Source: Octopus bimaculoides
Taxonomy: Eukaryota
DNA: 64,000 bases
Direction: 5' to 3'
NCBI RefSeq assembly: GCF_001194135.2
Contig: NC_068999.1
Span: 1,115,300-1,179,299, forward strand
The notes under the pieces are model-generated. The model did not search any database. It was not told the origin of the DNA and saw only the letters and a program-made list of their open reading frames with translations. Shown here one piece after another: positions 42,008-56,401 of the stretch (the first letter of the stretch is position 1; each line of letters opens with the position of its first letter). Both the position numbers and the translations under genes were made by a program.

Positions 42008-42174
42008 ATATTTATGCTTTCATTGTTTAGTTTTATTCTTGTTACTTGTGTTTTCCTTTATGCAATATTTTAAAACGGAATAGATCTCAATCGGATATTG
42101 TTCAACAACTGCTGACTTTTTAAATGACCCTTTCACAAGTATTTTCGGAGAAATATACAACTGGCTGCTTTGAT

Positions 42175-42190
42175 CTTATCATTATTATTA

Positions 42191-42237
<47 letters not shown>

Positions 42238-42319
42238 GTTGTTGTTGTTGTTGTTGCTGTTGTTGTTGTTGTTGTTGTTGTTGTTTTTGTTGCTGTTGTT
42301 GTTATCATTATGACTATTA

Positions 42320-42368
<49 letters not shown>

Positions 42369-42412
42369 TATTTTCATCTTCACCATCACCTCCGTCATCA
42401 TTATTGTTATTG

Positions 42413-42457
<45 letters not shown>
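42175..42457. repeat. compound (ATT)n-(GTT)n-(ATT)n-(CTA)n array
   Basis: Directly visible. Confidence 0.95.
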
Positions 42458-42464
42458 ATAGAAT

Positions 42465-42792
42465 GTCGTCAGGCGCTCACAGACCTCTAGCAATCGGGAA
42501 ATGGCATCGGTGGATGTTACGCTTTAGAAATTTATAGAGGATTAGTGGCGGGCAAAGTGCGATGACGTTCTCAGGGAGACTGGGCCCTGACGAGACCGAA
42601 GTGGCTACTCTTTTCCGGATGACTTTCCAGTCGGTAACATGGATAGTTTTCCGATGCCCTTGGCTTGGCAGGGCTAACGGAGGGCGCTACCGGTTCGGAA
42701 TAAACTCCACAGGCGTGAATGTGCTGTCAGACGGACTTGTCCGAAGTGCACACAGTGTGATGAAAGCGTTCAGCACACCCTCATTCAGTGTC
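42465..42792 (+). mobile_element. L1/Tx1-like LINE ORF2 C-terminal fragment (zf-RVT-type region with CCHC knuckle), degraded
   Basis: YRGLV..(frameshift)..MDSFPMPLAWQG*RRALPVRNKLHRRECAVRRTCPKCTQCDESVQHTLIQC: W...R.ALPV...L plus CPxC...ESVxHxLxxC signature. Confidence 0.75.
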
Positions 42793-42797
42793 TTCCC

Positions 42798-42922
42798 TAC
42801 CACTTTTTCAAGCATCTCGACAGCTTCCTGCGTAAGAAATGCTTCAAAAACCAAGACGATGCCAAACACGCCTTCAAAGACTTCATCGCTACTAAGACGC
42901 AGGATTTTAACGCTACTGGCGA
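42798..42922 (+). mobile_element. mariner transposase C-terminal fragment (Hsmar1/cecropia-like)
   Basis: YHFFKHLDSFLRKKCFKNQDDAKHAFKDFIATKTQDFNATG closely resembles the Hsmar1/SETMAR transposase C-terminus as I recall it (YHFFKHLDNFL..KRF.NQ.DA..AF..F......DFYATG). Confidence 0.8.
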
Positions 42923-43666
42923 TTTTTTTTTTCTTTTCATTAATCACCAGTAGATCCAAAGCGAAATTTTCTTCCTCAATGTTTCGAATTAGACTTTATA
43001 GCTTTATTGAAATTCAATTTGTATATTTTTAGGTTGAAACACTGAAAAATTTGGCAATACATTTAATCTTCTAAAATTGCAATAAGGAAGATAATTCAAA
43101 AAGACGATTGTTTAGAAACCACGTGATCTTCTTTTCGTTCCCACAAAGCGAAATATTAAACAGTTGTATTTTATCTAGTGTTGCTTTGAGAAAAGCTTGT
43201 ACGTGAAATATCGTAGACTGAAATAGCAAGGAAATACGTTAAAATGAACTGGAGATTCATGTGATAATGGTTGCACTGTGTATCTCGGGAGTAGACCCTG
43301 CGGGATATATGGCCTCGGAAATATAGCTTCAACGAGCTTGCGATGCAATTGATCGAGCAGGAATCACATCCCGGAAACCAGACAACTTACGTTGTATCTC
43401 TTTTAAGATTGGCAATGTGTCGGTCTTACGCTGTAAGCGATTGGCTATTCCTTCCTTCTTGCCTTTCATTCACTTTTCTTTCTTCAATCTGTGTGTGTAT
43501 GTATTTGTGTGTGTAGATGCATATACACTCATACAAGTATTCAGTGTTTACAAGTTTACAGTAAAACAATATTTATACGAGAGAAATTCCCTGTCAATAA
43601 TTTTAGTTTCACAGATATATGATTAATCAAATATGCAATTTAACACTGCAGTAACGTATGCAAGGG

Positions 43667-43703
<37 letters not shown>

Positions 43704-44543
43704 GTCTATCTATCTATCTATCTNNNNNNNNNNNNNNNNNNNNNNNNNNNNNNNNNNNNNNNNNNNNNNNNNNNNNNNNNNNNNNNNNNNNNNNNNNNNN
43801 NNNNNNNNNNNNNNNNNNNNNNNNNNNNNNNNNNNNNNNNNNNNNNNNNNNNNNNNNNNNNNNNNNNNNNNNNNNNNNNNNNNNNNNNNNNNNNNNNNNN
43901 NNNNNNNNNNNNNNNNNNNNNNNNNNNNNNNNNNNNNNNNNNNNNNNNNNNNNNNNNNNNNNNNNNNNNNNNNNNNNNNNNNNNNNNNNNNNNNNNNNNN
44001 NNNNNNNNNNNNNNNNNNNNNNNNNNNNNNNNNNNNNNNNNNNNNNNNNNNNNNNNNNNNNNNNNNNNNNNNNNNNNNNNNNNNNNNNNNNNNNNNNNNN
44101 NNNNNNNNNNNNNNNNNNNNNNNNNNNNNNNNNNNNNNNNNNNNNNNNNNNNNNNNNNNNNNNNNNNNNNNNNNNNNNNNNNNNNNNNNNNNNNNNNNNN
44201 NNNNNNNNNNNNNNNNNNNNNNNNNNNNNNNNNNNNNNNNNNNNNNNNNNNNNNNNNNNNNNNNNNNNNNNNNNNNNNNNNNNNNNNNNNNNNNNNNNNN
44301 NNNNNNNNNNNNNNNNNNNNNNNNNNNNNNNNNNNNNNNNNNNNNNNNNNNNNNNNNNNNNNNNNNNNNNNNNNNNNNNNNNNNNNNNNNNNNNNNNNNN
44401 NNNNNNNNNNNNNNNNNNNNNNNNNNNNNNNNNNNNNNNNNNNNNNNNNNNNNNNNNNNNNNNNNNNNNNNNNNNNNNNNNNNNNNNNNNNNNNNNNNNN
44501 NNNNNNNNNNNNNNNNNNNNNNNNNNNNNNNNNNNNNNNNNNN

Positions 44544-44594
<51 letters not shown>

Positions 44595-45329
44595 TACGTA
44601 TACTTATATTTTACATATATAAGTTCATATGCATATAGATACATATGCATACATACACACACATACATATATATGTATGGAGAGAGATAGAGAGAGGTAG
44701 ATTGAGTGATAGATAAGTATAGATACGTGTACGTATATATACATATATACGTATATGCACATACACACACATTCATATTCGAAGCATACGGGCGCACACA
44801 CAATTACACACACACGCAGATGCCCACACAGAAACATATATGTGTGTGTGTGTGTTAGTGTGTGTGTGTGTTAGTGTGTGTGTGTGTGTATATGTATGTA
44901 TATATGAATATCCTTGAAGCTTCTTTTCAGCTCTCTTCAATTTTATTCCTCTCGAAAGATTTGAATTGAAGGAAAAACGATTTTATCCACGTATTTTTTC
45001 GTCCTTCATTTTCCATTCTAATTCTAATTGCACTATATAATTTTATTTAAGCAAACGCAGGAATTTTAAAACACTTCTTTTTTTTACTTAACATGTAAAA
45101 TTTTCCAATGATGTGAAGGTGACGAATGTGGAGATATTCCTAGAGAAAAAAAAATATGAAGACATTATGAGCATTTTGGAATTATCAGTGCTTTATTTTT
45201 ATATCATATGTTTTGCAGCATTGAAATAGGAGAGAAGCTTTATATTGAATTATATAAAAAGAGAAAGCAAAAGAAATAAAATCGTATGTTCTGAGTATTG
45301 TTCCTGTTTTCTATCCCTGAATCCTGGCT

Positions 45330-45530
45330 TGCTTAGTTTCCAGAGCTTTATACTAGCATAGTTTCGCCATAATTTTATTGATATAGCTTGGAATGAATTC
45401 TCTCGTCCAAGAGACATTCTATTTCCTGTTACTTTGACAACAATGTCCGGCTGATTAACCTGAATATCTGTCTGTGTGTAGATTGACATATCACAGAATT
45501 TGGCTTCTTTGTAATTCTTTACTATCATTT
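45330..45530 (-). mobile_element. R4/Dong-like restriction-like endonuclease fragment
   Basis: NYKEAKFCDMSIYTQTDIQVNQPDIVVK (PDIVVK at 45433-45450) matches the ILWD..I.TD..I..NRPDIVV RLE motif. Confidence 0.7.
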
Positions 45531-45715
45531 CTTTGATCTATATATATGGCAACACCTTCCTGTCAGAATGCTGGCTGGAAGACCCAACTTTGTAGAGCAA
45601 CGGAAATGAGCGCAAAAGTCTCCACCAACAAAGCAGTGAATGAGAAATACAGAAACAAAGAAGGCAGCATCGACGCGATAGTGAAAGAGGCTGTAATAAG
45701 GTTCTCTCTTTCCCC

Positions 45716-45780
<65 letters not shown>

Positions 45781-45869
45781 AGTCTGTCTGTCTGCCTTCT
45801 TGCCTGCTTGTCGGTTCTCCCAAGAACTGAATTAGTGTTAAATAAACTGTTGTTGGCCTCTGTAACAAG

Positions 45870-46060
45870 TGTTTCTTTTACGTGTATAGGGTGTTAGCCC
45901 ATAGCACAACTCCCGAATCTGGAGGGCCGATGTGTATACTTTAGTCTGACTCCTCCTCTTCGACCAAACCAGCAAGGTTGAACCTACCAGGGGAACACGT
46001 CCCCCACTGGCACATGCTCTAGGGATCACAAGAGTATGCATACCTCCCCGCCACGCCGAG
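45870..46060 (+). mobile_element. probable RTE-clade LINE 5' UTR fragment
   Basis: GTTAGCCC..CAAC..CC.AA.CTGGAGG.CC ... CCTACCAGG ... GCTCT.GGG.TCA layout resembles RTE 5' UTRs, recognised from memory; not database-confirmed. Confidence 0.5.
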
Positions 46061-47516
46061 GCCACACACAGTATGTGTGAATGTGTGCACTGTAAAAAGA
46101 TCTATGTGCGCGCGCGCGCGTTTGTACCTGTGTGTATGCATGTATGTATATATATATATGTATGTGTGGATATATGCACTGCAAATAGAGTTTTGGGCGA
46201 TTGACTTACGTCACTCTGTTCTGTCATCAGTTCACGTTATCGCGCATGCGCTGTATAACCTGAAAGATAGCGGATATGAAAGCTTTTATTTCTACATAAC
46301 AATAATAGTACTGATAAGCTTAAGAACATCAACAAGAACAACAAAACGCAACAGTAATAATATAAGTAGACACCCATATACGCACGCTGTGCGTGTGGCG
46401 CGGGGTTGTATTGATTTTCACAACAGCATTAGTAAATTCATCAGAGATATTTAAGCAATCTACTGCAATAGAATCTGTTGGGCAATATAATGTAAGACAT
46501 TTATTCCGGCATGAACAGTAAAAGCATTTTATGTGGAGCTATTTATTTATTGAAAATTAATCATAAACTGTTTCAGAAAACTCACCATTCTAATCCCATA
46601 ATCTCGTCTTTACTATATACTAATCCTATGTTATAGTCTATTCTACTTATTCTGTGATGTTTCATCTCTAATAAAAAAAAAAAACTGATTTTATTTTTTC
46701 GCAAATGGTAGTAATAGAATTATAATTTCACCTCATTTATTGCTACATTCTCTTGTTCTGTTCTTTGAGAGAGACATCGATCTCAAAATCAGCAACTAAG
46801 CATTATTTTGGTTAATTCTCTCCCCTGTCAATTTGGTCCACCGACTTTTGATATTTTATTGTCTACGCGTCGACTGTTTCTAGTCGGGGGACCAATTTAT
46901 TGCGGCCTGGTTAAGGCATCACGAATAACAAATGATTCGGAATAAACTATATAAAAACAATTTCACTGTTATTATATAAACCACTGGTTTAATACTGTAC
47001 TGACCATAGAGAAAAAGAAATGTGAAACGTTTATGTTGTCGTCACACTAGATGGAAATGGCTGCAATATCTGAAAACCATACTCCATTCCAGCAATGACC
47101 ACCACAGGGAACAAATGATCACTCTAACCCTATAAGGAATTATCAAGGGGCCCTGTGACCTGTCGAATATATATATATATAAATATATACATATATATAA
47201 GTAATGAAAAATCAAAGAGGCGAAGTCTTTTCAAGAAACAGCACCTTAGGGCTCACTTAATTGAGTAATTAGTATATGTGCATATTTATGTGTGTGCGCA
47301 TGTATCAATAGAAATATTATTAACAGCGATCTCGGCCTTTTGGTCGTCTCGGCCCTCGTCGGACTGTCCAATGTTGAGTAAGCTAGGTAAAACCTTGAAT
47401 TCTCTCTCAACACTATACTAGTTGATGAATAATTATTTTGTACTTTACTAAATATATTGTCTAATTCTTCCATTTAATGAAAAGCTCTTTTATCCTAACA
47501 GAAAAACACAAGTCAG

Positions 47517-47575
<59 letters not shown>

Positions 47576-48042
47576 GTTACTATGCGTGTGTTTGTGTTTC
47601 TATGCATGTGTATCACATTTATCTTCAGCTGTGTTGCTTCGTTTCGAAGTGCAAGTTGATTAATACCTCCGATTGATTTCGCCAGCCGGAAAGAACGCAG
47701 CTCTTTGCTATTACGTCTTTCGGCAATTACTTGGGCTACGACCTATCGTATTTCTCTCCTCTTATACGTATTTCTGGCAATTTATCTCACTGAGATCTTA
47801 TTCAGATTCTATTAATTGCGTTAGATGCGGAAACGTACTGACTCGTTGACTGACATCTCGGTGTATGTACAAGCACAAACGGATATATATATAAATTTTA
47901 GGTATACACGGACAGACACACACGCACACACATAGAATCACAGGACCACATTATCCACTACCATGCATACATAAATTTATACACATACATACACGTATAT
48001 ACATACACACAAATATATATAGATACATACTCATATATACCT

Positions 48043-48104
<62 letters not shown>

Positions 48105-48564
48105 GCACGCACATATACAATATTATGGAAACAGTGCAAGTGAAAGAAGATGATGCCATACACACATGCACAAATACACTCATGTACGTATTTATACGAT
48201 TATACATACATTTATATCTATGGGTATTATATATGTCACATTCAATAAATCCATATTGTTATACGATATCTCTATAAATCTCAAATGGCGTAGACAGTTT
48301 GTATTTAGCTATATGGAATATCATCTATACTTCATCAAGTTGCCAATTAGTTTTCGAAATAATGAAAACAATACAAAACTGATAAAACCTTTCTGCTTAC
48401 AGAAGCCTTGTATTACACTGAGGAGGCTAGCATAGGCAGGATGGTAACATCACCTACAATTGATTCATACAACGTTCTACGCCAAAGAAGAAACTGAAGA
48501 AGTAACATTGCACCCAGTAAAGCAGGATAATTCGAATAAATGCTATAATCCTTTCTATAAGAGA

Positions 48565-48750
48565 AACAAGGCTTGAAACCTATGTTTCTTGGGAGGAGCC
48601 GAGTCCAATTTATAGTCTCTGATCCTCAACTGGTACTCCTTTTATCGATGCCGAAAAAATGAAATGCGAAGCCAACCTCGATGGAATTTGAACTCAGAAC
48701 GTAAAAAAGGGCGAAAATGTGGCTAACGGTTCTTTCAGCTCACCGACTTG
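48565..48750 (-). mobile_element. SINE family B copy, diverged
   Basis: CAACTGGTACT...TTTATCGA...CCTCGATGGAATTTGAACTCAGAACGTAAA shared with the 14503 copy. Confidence 0.75.
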
Positions 48751-48861
48751 ATACTTAATAACCAAGCTTTAGCGTAAGGATAACTCCGGACAGGGCAGGG
48801 TGGGCCAGTTCGTAATCCCGCCACTGCTAGTGACGATGAGAGACAAAAGTGGAGTAAACGC

Positions 48862-48917
<56 letters not shown>

Positions 48918-50225
48918 ATGCGAAACAATCTATTAAATTTCCTTCTTTCGTTACTTTTTCTGGTATAGGAATATTTACCACACAACTGTTTCCTAGAGGT
49001 GGTGGCAGTATGCAGCAGAAACCTCTACAAATAAATAAAAGTGAATATTACAGTTTGGTTTTTGTGCGTGAGTATGTGTGTGTGTTTTATTTCTAACTCG
49101 GCTCTTCGTCCCTCTCAAGAAAGACATCACTAGCGTCTTACAAGACAAAACTCGAATTATGTTTTAGGTGGTTTGTTCTAACTACTGTCATTCTTTTCTT
49201 ATTCTTTTATTAAAAGACATAATTTCATCTTTCTAATCCATTCAATATAGTTTCGGATATATAAATGTAATTTATTACTGGGAAACCCAGAATATTGATG
49301 AATAATATTTTATTGGTTTATCATTTTAATTCATCTTGAAATTCTAATCGAACGCATTTATAATATTCATCCAGACATTTAATTTAATATAAAGTTCATT
49401 TCATTGATTCTTAAGTATTTCTAAGTTTGTTCTTACTCTAATTCACTTATCTTTGTTTACCGCACGTAATAATATCAATGTGTATATGCTGCTAGTAGTT
49501 AGTTTCTGTTCAGATTGATCATGGTACAAAATTCGCTATCAATTCACCAACTGAATCCGAGCATTGTCCATAAAAAGTTATCAAGTTGTTTATCATATGC
49601 GGCATGAAACCTGGGGTTATTCATAAATTCATACTCGGAGGATAGTAGTGTACCATTCATACTGTTCTTATCTGTTGTAATTTAACAAGTTAATTAAAGA
49701 TACCAGTTGCAGGCAATATTTTTCTTCAAATATTGTTATTCTGATAAGGATTGGCATCATATTTCACTTCATCTTGTTTTTCTTTATCTGTACAACTCTT
49801 TTCCATTAACTATGACATAGTCGATGTCCTTTCACATTATGGATGTTGAATTATCTAGACGCTTGTTCTTTTTTATTATATGAATAAACAATAGACAAGA
49901 GAGAATTCATAATTTATTTATTTGAGACACAATATCACGAACTAGACAAAACATATTTCCCTCATTTAAGACATAACTGGTCATTAGCGGTGTATGTATC
50001 TTAATTAATCTCTTGTGCTGTCTGATTGCTTCTTCGTGGTAAACGATCAATTTTCTCCATAAATCGGAGAGCAGAAATATCAGCATGGCTAAGACGGTTG
50101 CACTAAAATCAGAAGATTCTAGGGAAACATCACTTTTGCAAATCCTCTGCAGTCAGCATTAGTTGACTAACAACTTGTCCTGAAAGGCAATTGATGGAGG
50201 GAAACTGCATATATATATGTGTGTG

Positions 50226-50272
<47 letters not shown>

Positions 50273-51004
50273 ACCCACAATGTATTGTTGCTTATATTTT
50301 GCATATCTGCTGATTTTGGTGTCATTGATACTAATTCAAATATCCGCTGGTTTAACGTATACAAACAAGACCCCATTATTGATTATATATGACTATTTCA
50401 GATATTCTTTGTATCTTTTTAAAGATTTACTTTCGTTGCATTTGAACTGTTAAATATTTTGGAGCACACCAGGCAATTATTCTTCACCACATGTGTTTTC
50501 TTTTAAAATGCATAAATTTCATGTTCTCAGTCTAATGCATATTTTCAAACCAAATAAAGTAAAGTGCGTATTGTTAATGGAGTTTGGACAAGTTGTTAAA
50601 TAAATACATTTATTACATCATATAACAATAAGTTATATACGCCGGTAACCAATACACCGGAGTAATTTAAGTTATGACTTTTAGTAGATGTAAATATCTC
50701 AATGCTCAGCACGATCGAAATGTCTGCAAGAATTCGTCAATTTCGATTTTTTGTTCAAAATTGAAAGCAAAATTCATGATGATCGATGTAAATCTTTGAC
50801 TACAATATAACCTTCAAGTTTTTGTTTATAAATTTATCAATCACTTCTCGGTGGCATCTCTACAATATTTTGGCTAAGAATAAATTTAATTAGATTGTGA
50901 CCATACGCGACAAAACTCAAATAAACAGAAGGGTCGGCGACATTCAACTTAAAAGTGAGAATTCGTAAAATTCAACTATTTTTGTAATAATAATACGTTC
51001 TGTT

Positions 51005-51195
51005 ATAGGCAAAAAGCATGGAATTTGTGCGGGAGGAGGATAGTCGGACCCAGTAACTCAGTGGTGACTATTTTATCAACCCCGAAAGAATAAGATGCAA
51101 AGTTCACCTCGGCCGAATTTCAAATCAAAACTCAAAAACGGATGAAACGCCGTTGAGTATCTGGAATGCTACTGATTCTGTCTGCCTTATTTCAA
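51005..51195 (-). mobile_element. SINE family B copy, diverged
   Basis: TTTTATCAACCCCGAAAG...CACCTCGGCCGAATTTCAAATCA. Confidence 0.65.
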
Positions 51196-51227
51196 CCAAA
51201 TGGTAACAATAATTTCGGTACAATGCG

Positions 51228-51280
51228 AGTTTCAGCATGACCTCAGTCAAATAACTGAAACAAGTAAATGAATAAAGGAA
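51228..51280 (+). mobile_element. SINE family A tail fragment
   Basis: CAGCATGACCTCAGTCAAATAACTGAAACAAGTAAA. Confidence 0.7.
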
Positions 51281-51861
51281 TATACATATGAGTGTGTGTG
51301 TGTGTGTGTGTGTTTGAATGTGTGTGTGTTTGTGTGTTTGGCGAAACTGCTGTTTATATATATGTATGTATATATTTGTTTGCATGCATATCTATACACA
51401 GGTATACACTCACGAATGTGTGTATGTGTGTACGTGTGTGTGTGTGTGTGTGTGTGTGTCATTGCTTACGAACGTGTTTTTTCGTATGTGTCGTTCTTAC
51501 CGTATGTATGCATAGGTGTGCAATATTTAGAAAAACGAAAGGCATGTTTAAATAAACATGCTTAAATGTATCACTTGTCTGTGTATATTCAAGCTCACAC
51601 GCTTGTATATAAATATATATGTACACATATACGGTCGCGTATATATACAATATCTAACATACGTACATTCATATATATCATCTGTCTACCGGTTTACCTA
51701 TCTACTTATCTACGTCCGTATCTATCTATTTATCAGTCTGCCTGTCTATGAATCTCTCGAAATATGTATGTAAATATCTCGTTATACGCACGCACACACG
51801 CACAAACACACACACACAAACACACACACATTCCTTCACAAAAGACATCAACATACATATA

Positions 51862-51910
<49 letters not shown>

Positions 51911-52282
51911 NNNNNNNNNNNNNNNNNNNNNNNNNNNNNNNNNNNNNNNNNNNNNNNNNNNNNNNNNNNNNNNNNNNNNNNNNNNNNNNNNNNNNNNNNN
52001 NNNNNNNNNNNNNNNNNNNNNNNNNNNNNNNNNNNNNNNNNNNNNNNNNNNNNNNNNNNNNNNNNNNNNNNNNNNNNNNNNNNNNNNNNNNNNNNNNNNN
52101 NNNNNNNNNNNNNNNNNNNNNNNNNNNNNNNNNNNNNNNNNNNNNNNNNNNNNNNNNNNNNNNNNNNNNNNNNNNNNNNNNNNNNNNNNNNNNNNNNNNN
52201 NNNNNNNNNNNNNNNNNNNNNNNNNNNNNNNNNNATATATATATATATATATATATATATACAAACAGATATATATACATGG

Positions 52283-52331
<49 letters not shown>

Positions 52332-52634
52332 AATATATATCGATATTGAGTTTCCTTGTTTTATTTCATTTGTTGAGTGTATACTGTACGTTTTAATGTA
52401 CTTAATGTCACAGAAGATGAAATAAATTTTACCGTGTTTGATGTTAAAACATCAATGATCTATATGGAAATTAGAATGGCACACAATATTACTAAAAATG
52501 CATAAATTCTTGTTTTAAACCTTACTTGAACATAACAGAGAAAAATGACTTTTCTTCGCTTCTGTGCTCACATGTTGAAGTACATATAATTATATACGTT
52601 CATACATACACATATATATATACTCATAAATAAA

Positions 52635-52724
<90 letters not shown>

Positions 52725-52765
52725 TATAAATATCACATATAATGTATCAGATATCTGTACATTCA

Positions 52766-52801
<36 letters not shown>

Positions 52802-53927
52802 CGCACACAAATATATGTATATATATATGTATGTATGTCTATGTATATATGTATATATTCAACAATATATTTCTCTATGGATTACCCCTCACAACAAGTC
52901 ATGTGCTGCCATACAGTCGCAAGTATTAGCTCGTCTAATCCCACACGTGCGTATTTGTGTGTATGTGTGGTTGTGTGCGTTCACCCGACGGTGGATTAAA
53001 GAAACAATGTACAATAGATGGCCATGCCTATGTGCGTATACACATAAGCTTATGTATATCGGATGTAGATTTTACAAAGGGAATATATATTCCAGTACAT
53101 ACACACGCACACACAGAGCAACACACACACGCGTGACTTTTTATATAAGTACGTCTCTATATCCCATCACTATCTATTTATCTATCTATTTATCTATTTA
53201 TCTCTCTGTATGTCTGTTTGTCTCTCTGTCTGTTTGTCTCTCTGCCTGCTTGTTTGTTTGTCTGTCTGCTTGTCTGTCTGTCTATATTTTCCTATCTATC
53301 GATCTTATTTATCTATTTCTCTATCTATCAATCTATTATCTAGCTATCTCTTTTTCCATCTCAATAAATGTGTGAGAGCTCACGCATTATATCTATATAT
53401 GAATGTGTGTAAGCGTGTCTGCGTTTGGCTATATGTATACAAAGGAGGAGAGAGTCTTAGGAAACTGAAAAATAGTCAGGAATTCTTAGAACAGTCCACA
53501 AGATGATCGCACTAAAATTGGCCCACGCCCACAGCAAAGAACCAGTTTGAACTTTTAGAGCTGACACATCCAGAGGCCGCGGAGTGAGAGTGCTATGTAA
53601 AANNNNNNNNNNNNNNNNNNNNNNNNNNNNNNNNNNNNNNNNNNNNNNNNNNNNNNNNNNNNNNNNNNNNNNNNNNNNNNNNNNNNNNNNNNNNNNNNNN
53701 NNNNNNNNNNNNNNNNNNNNNNNNNNNNNNNNNNNNNNNNNNNNNNNNNNNNNNNNNNNNNNNNNNNNNNNNNNNNNNNNNNNNNNNNNNNNNNNNNNNN
53801 NNNNNNNNNNNNNNNNNNNNNNNNNNNNNNNNNNNNNNNNNNNNNNNNNNNNNNNNNNNNNNNNNNNNNNNNNNNNNNNNNNNNNNNNNNNNNNNNNNNN
53901 NNNNNNNNNNNNNTATATATATATATA

Positions 53928-53975
53928 TGCTCCAGCATGGCCGCAGTCAAATGACTGAAACAAGTAAAAGAGTAT
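53928..53975 (+). mobile_element. SINE family A tail (upstream part lies in the gap)
   Basis: GCTCCAGCATGGCCGCAGTCAAATGACTGAAACAAGTAAAAGAGTA, preceded by (AT)n and a gap. Confidence 0.8.
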
Positions 53976-54078
53976 ATATATATATATATATATATACATA
54001 CATACATACATACATACATACATACATACGTACGTACATACATACACGTACATACATACACGTACACACATACATATA

Positions 54079-54124
<46 letters not shown>

Positions 54125-54607
54125 TGTGTGTGTGTGCAAACATACATACATAGACACACACATATGTAAAAGGATACTTTTAGATATCTATAATGTATTT
54201 AGTTAGACGGTGCTAACGGACACCTAACATATGGCCATATACACAGATTTCGAGAAAACGTGTCCTAGTAAACGTGTGCTTTAAGAAGGCAATAAATACT
54301 CTATGGCTTTCGATATTCTGGATTGTTACAATCATCTGATATCAATCTCAATTTCTTACTCTCCGGATCCCTCCTCCGTTCTGTATTCTTTATATATTGA
54401 AAAGTAGATGTAGATACACACACACACACACGCAAACACACACACACGTATATATAAATGCACATAATTATATGTATGTATAACTAAATATGTATACATA
54501 AAATGATAACACATCCATGCAAACATGCATACATGCATACACATGTACATGCATATGCATACATAAATATCTATCATTAAGTAGTACACACCTACATATA
54601 TATATAC

Positions 54608-54641
<34 letters not shown>

Positions 54642-55581
54642 GTGTGTGTATTTATATATACATGTACGTATGTATATATGTGCGTGTGTGTGTGTGTGTG
54701 TGTATGCAATATATTGATCATTTGAAGTTTAAATCCAGATGGCGACAAAAATAAACGGGGAAATTATGTATTTTGTCTGAAGATAAAAGTCTAATACTCA
54801 AAAGAAACAAAGAAACAAAAACCAAATGAAGGAAAAAAACAAACACCTATATGATCTGTTAAATACGTGTCTATGCATTTATTGCATATTCCGTGATGGA
54901 ATTTGATGCCAAAGTCTAATGATGCTGTTTTTTTTTTTAGGAGAGATTTCAGTTTGAGAATTTCAGAAGCATATTCTTGCATCATAGCGGAAACATCAGC
55001 GTATGCATGTATGTTCGTGTGTGTGTGTGTGTGAGAAAGATGGAATATGTGTGTGTGAGGGGGAGTGTGTGTATGTGTGTCTGAGAAAGACTGAATATTT
55101 GTGTGCGTGTCATGGGGATTTTGAATTTTCCTGCATTGTAATGTGTACGTCTCTTAATTATTTATGTACGATTGTGAGGCGGAGAGATCGGGTATGTATA
55201 GCTATTTATGTTGGAAAATAAACATACACACCTTACGTATATATATATATATATATATNNNNNNNNNNNNNNNNNNNNNNNNNNNNNNNNNNNNNNNNNN
55301 NNNNNNNNNNNNNNNNNNNNNNNNNNNNNNNNNNNNNNNNNNNNNNNNNNNNNNNNNNNNNNNNNNNNNNNNNNNNNNNNNNNNNNNNNNNNNNNNNNNN
55401 NNNNNNNNNNNNNNNNNNNNNNNNNNNNNNNNNNNNNNNNNNNNNNNNNNNNNNNNNNNNNNNNNNNNNNNNNNNNNNNNNNNNNNNNNNNNNNNNNNNN
55501 NNNNNNNNNNNNNNNNNNNNNNNNNNNNNNNNNNNNNNNNNNNNNNNNNNNNNNNNNNNNNNNNNNNNNNNNNNNNNNNNN

Positions 55582-55619
<38 letters not shown>

Positions 55620-55916
55620 GTATTTAACTTATACAGTTAAATTACGTATATATGTACCAACATTCGGCGCATATGTACACGTGCATAAATATACCACAAA
55701 TATTGTGTGTCTAGGTGTGTAGAGATAGAAACTTACGTGTATATATGTGTATATGTGTGTATGCGTGTGTGTGAGTATGCGGGCGGGTGTGTATGTATCT
55801 ATATGTATGTATGCATATGTATATATGCACGTATGCATATATAAATAAATATATATGCTCATATGTATAGATAGATAGATCGATGGTCAGACAGACAGAT
55901 AGACAGACGGACAGAC

Positions 55917-55969
<53 letters not shown>

Positions 55970-56355
55970 TAGATATAGATATATATAACTATCTATACGT
56001 ACATTTGTATGTATGTATAATTGTTCATAGGGAGAGATGGCATGAGAGAGAATATGAGAAGCAGAACGCAATTCAAAGATGAAGAGATGTAAATACGGAG
56101 AGACAAACCGCTGGAAAGTTAGCTACATGTATCAATATGTTTATTTTGCTATAAATCTATAATACCCTGATAAAGTTTGCAGCATCTACATCGTTAATAT
56201 ATATACGTAAATTTTAGACTCCACAAGAGAGTTGCAGATTTCAGAATTTCAAAGGCTTGTCAAAGTTTATATGTGGAAACCTATGTACACACATGGATTT
56301 ATTTGCGTGTGTATATACACACATATACATGTATTCATATATACATACACATATG

Positions 56356-56401
<46 letters not shown>

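Noticed and set aside
42687-42959. Protein-looking minus ORF (MDLLVINEKK...) and plus ORF 42562-43032
   Set aside because: Both are shadow frames of the LINE-knuckle/mariner remnants encoded in another plus frame.
47330-47343. TCTCGGCCTTTTGG identical to part of the U2 snRNA 5' end
   Set aside because: Only 14 nt; the match does not extend into CTAAGATCAAGTGTAGTA, so it is not a U2 gene or a credible pseudogene.
50720-50830. KIESKIHDDRCKSLTTI as a Tc1 N-terminal HTH remnant
   Set aside because: Similarity is too weak and not continued in any frame.
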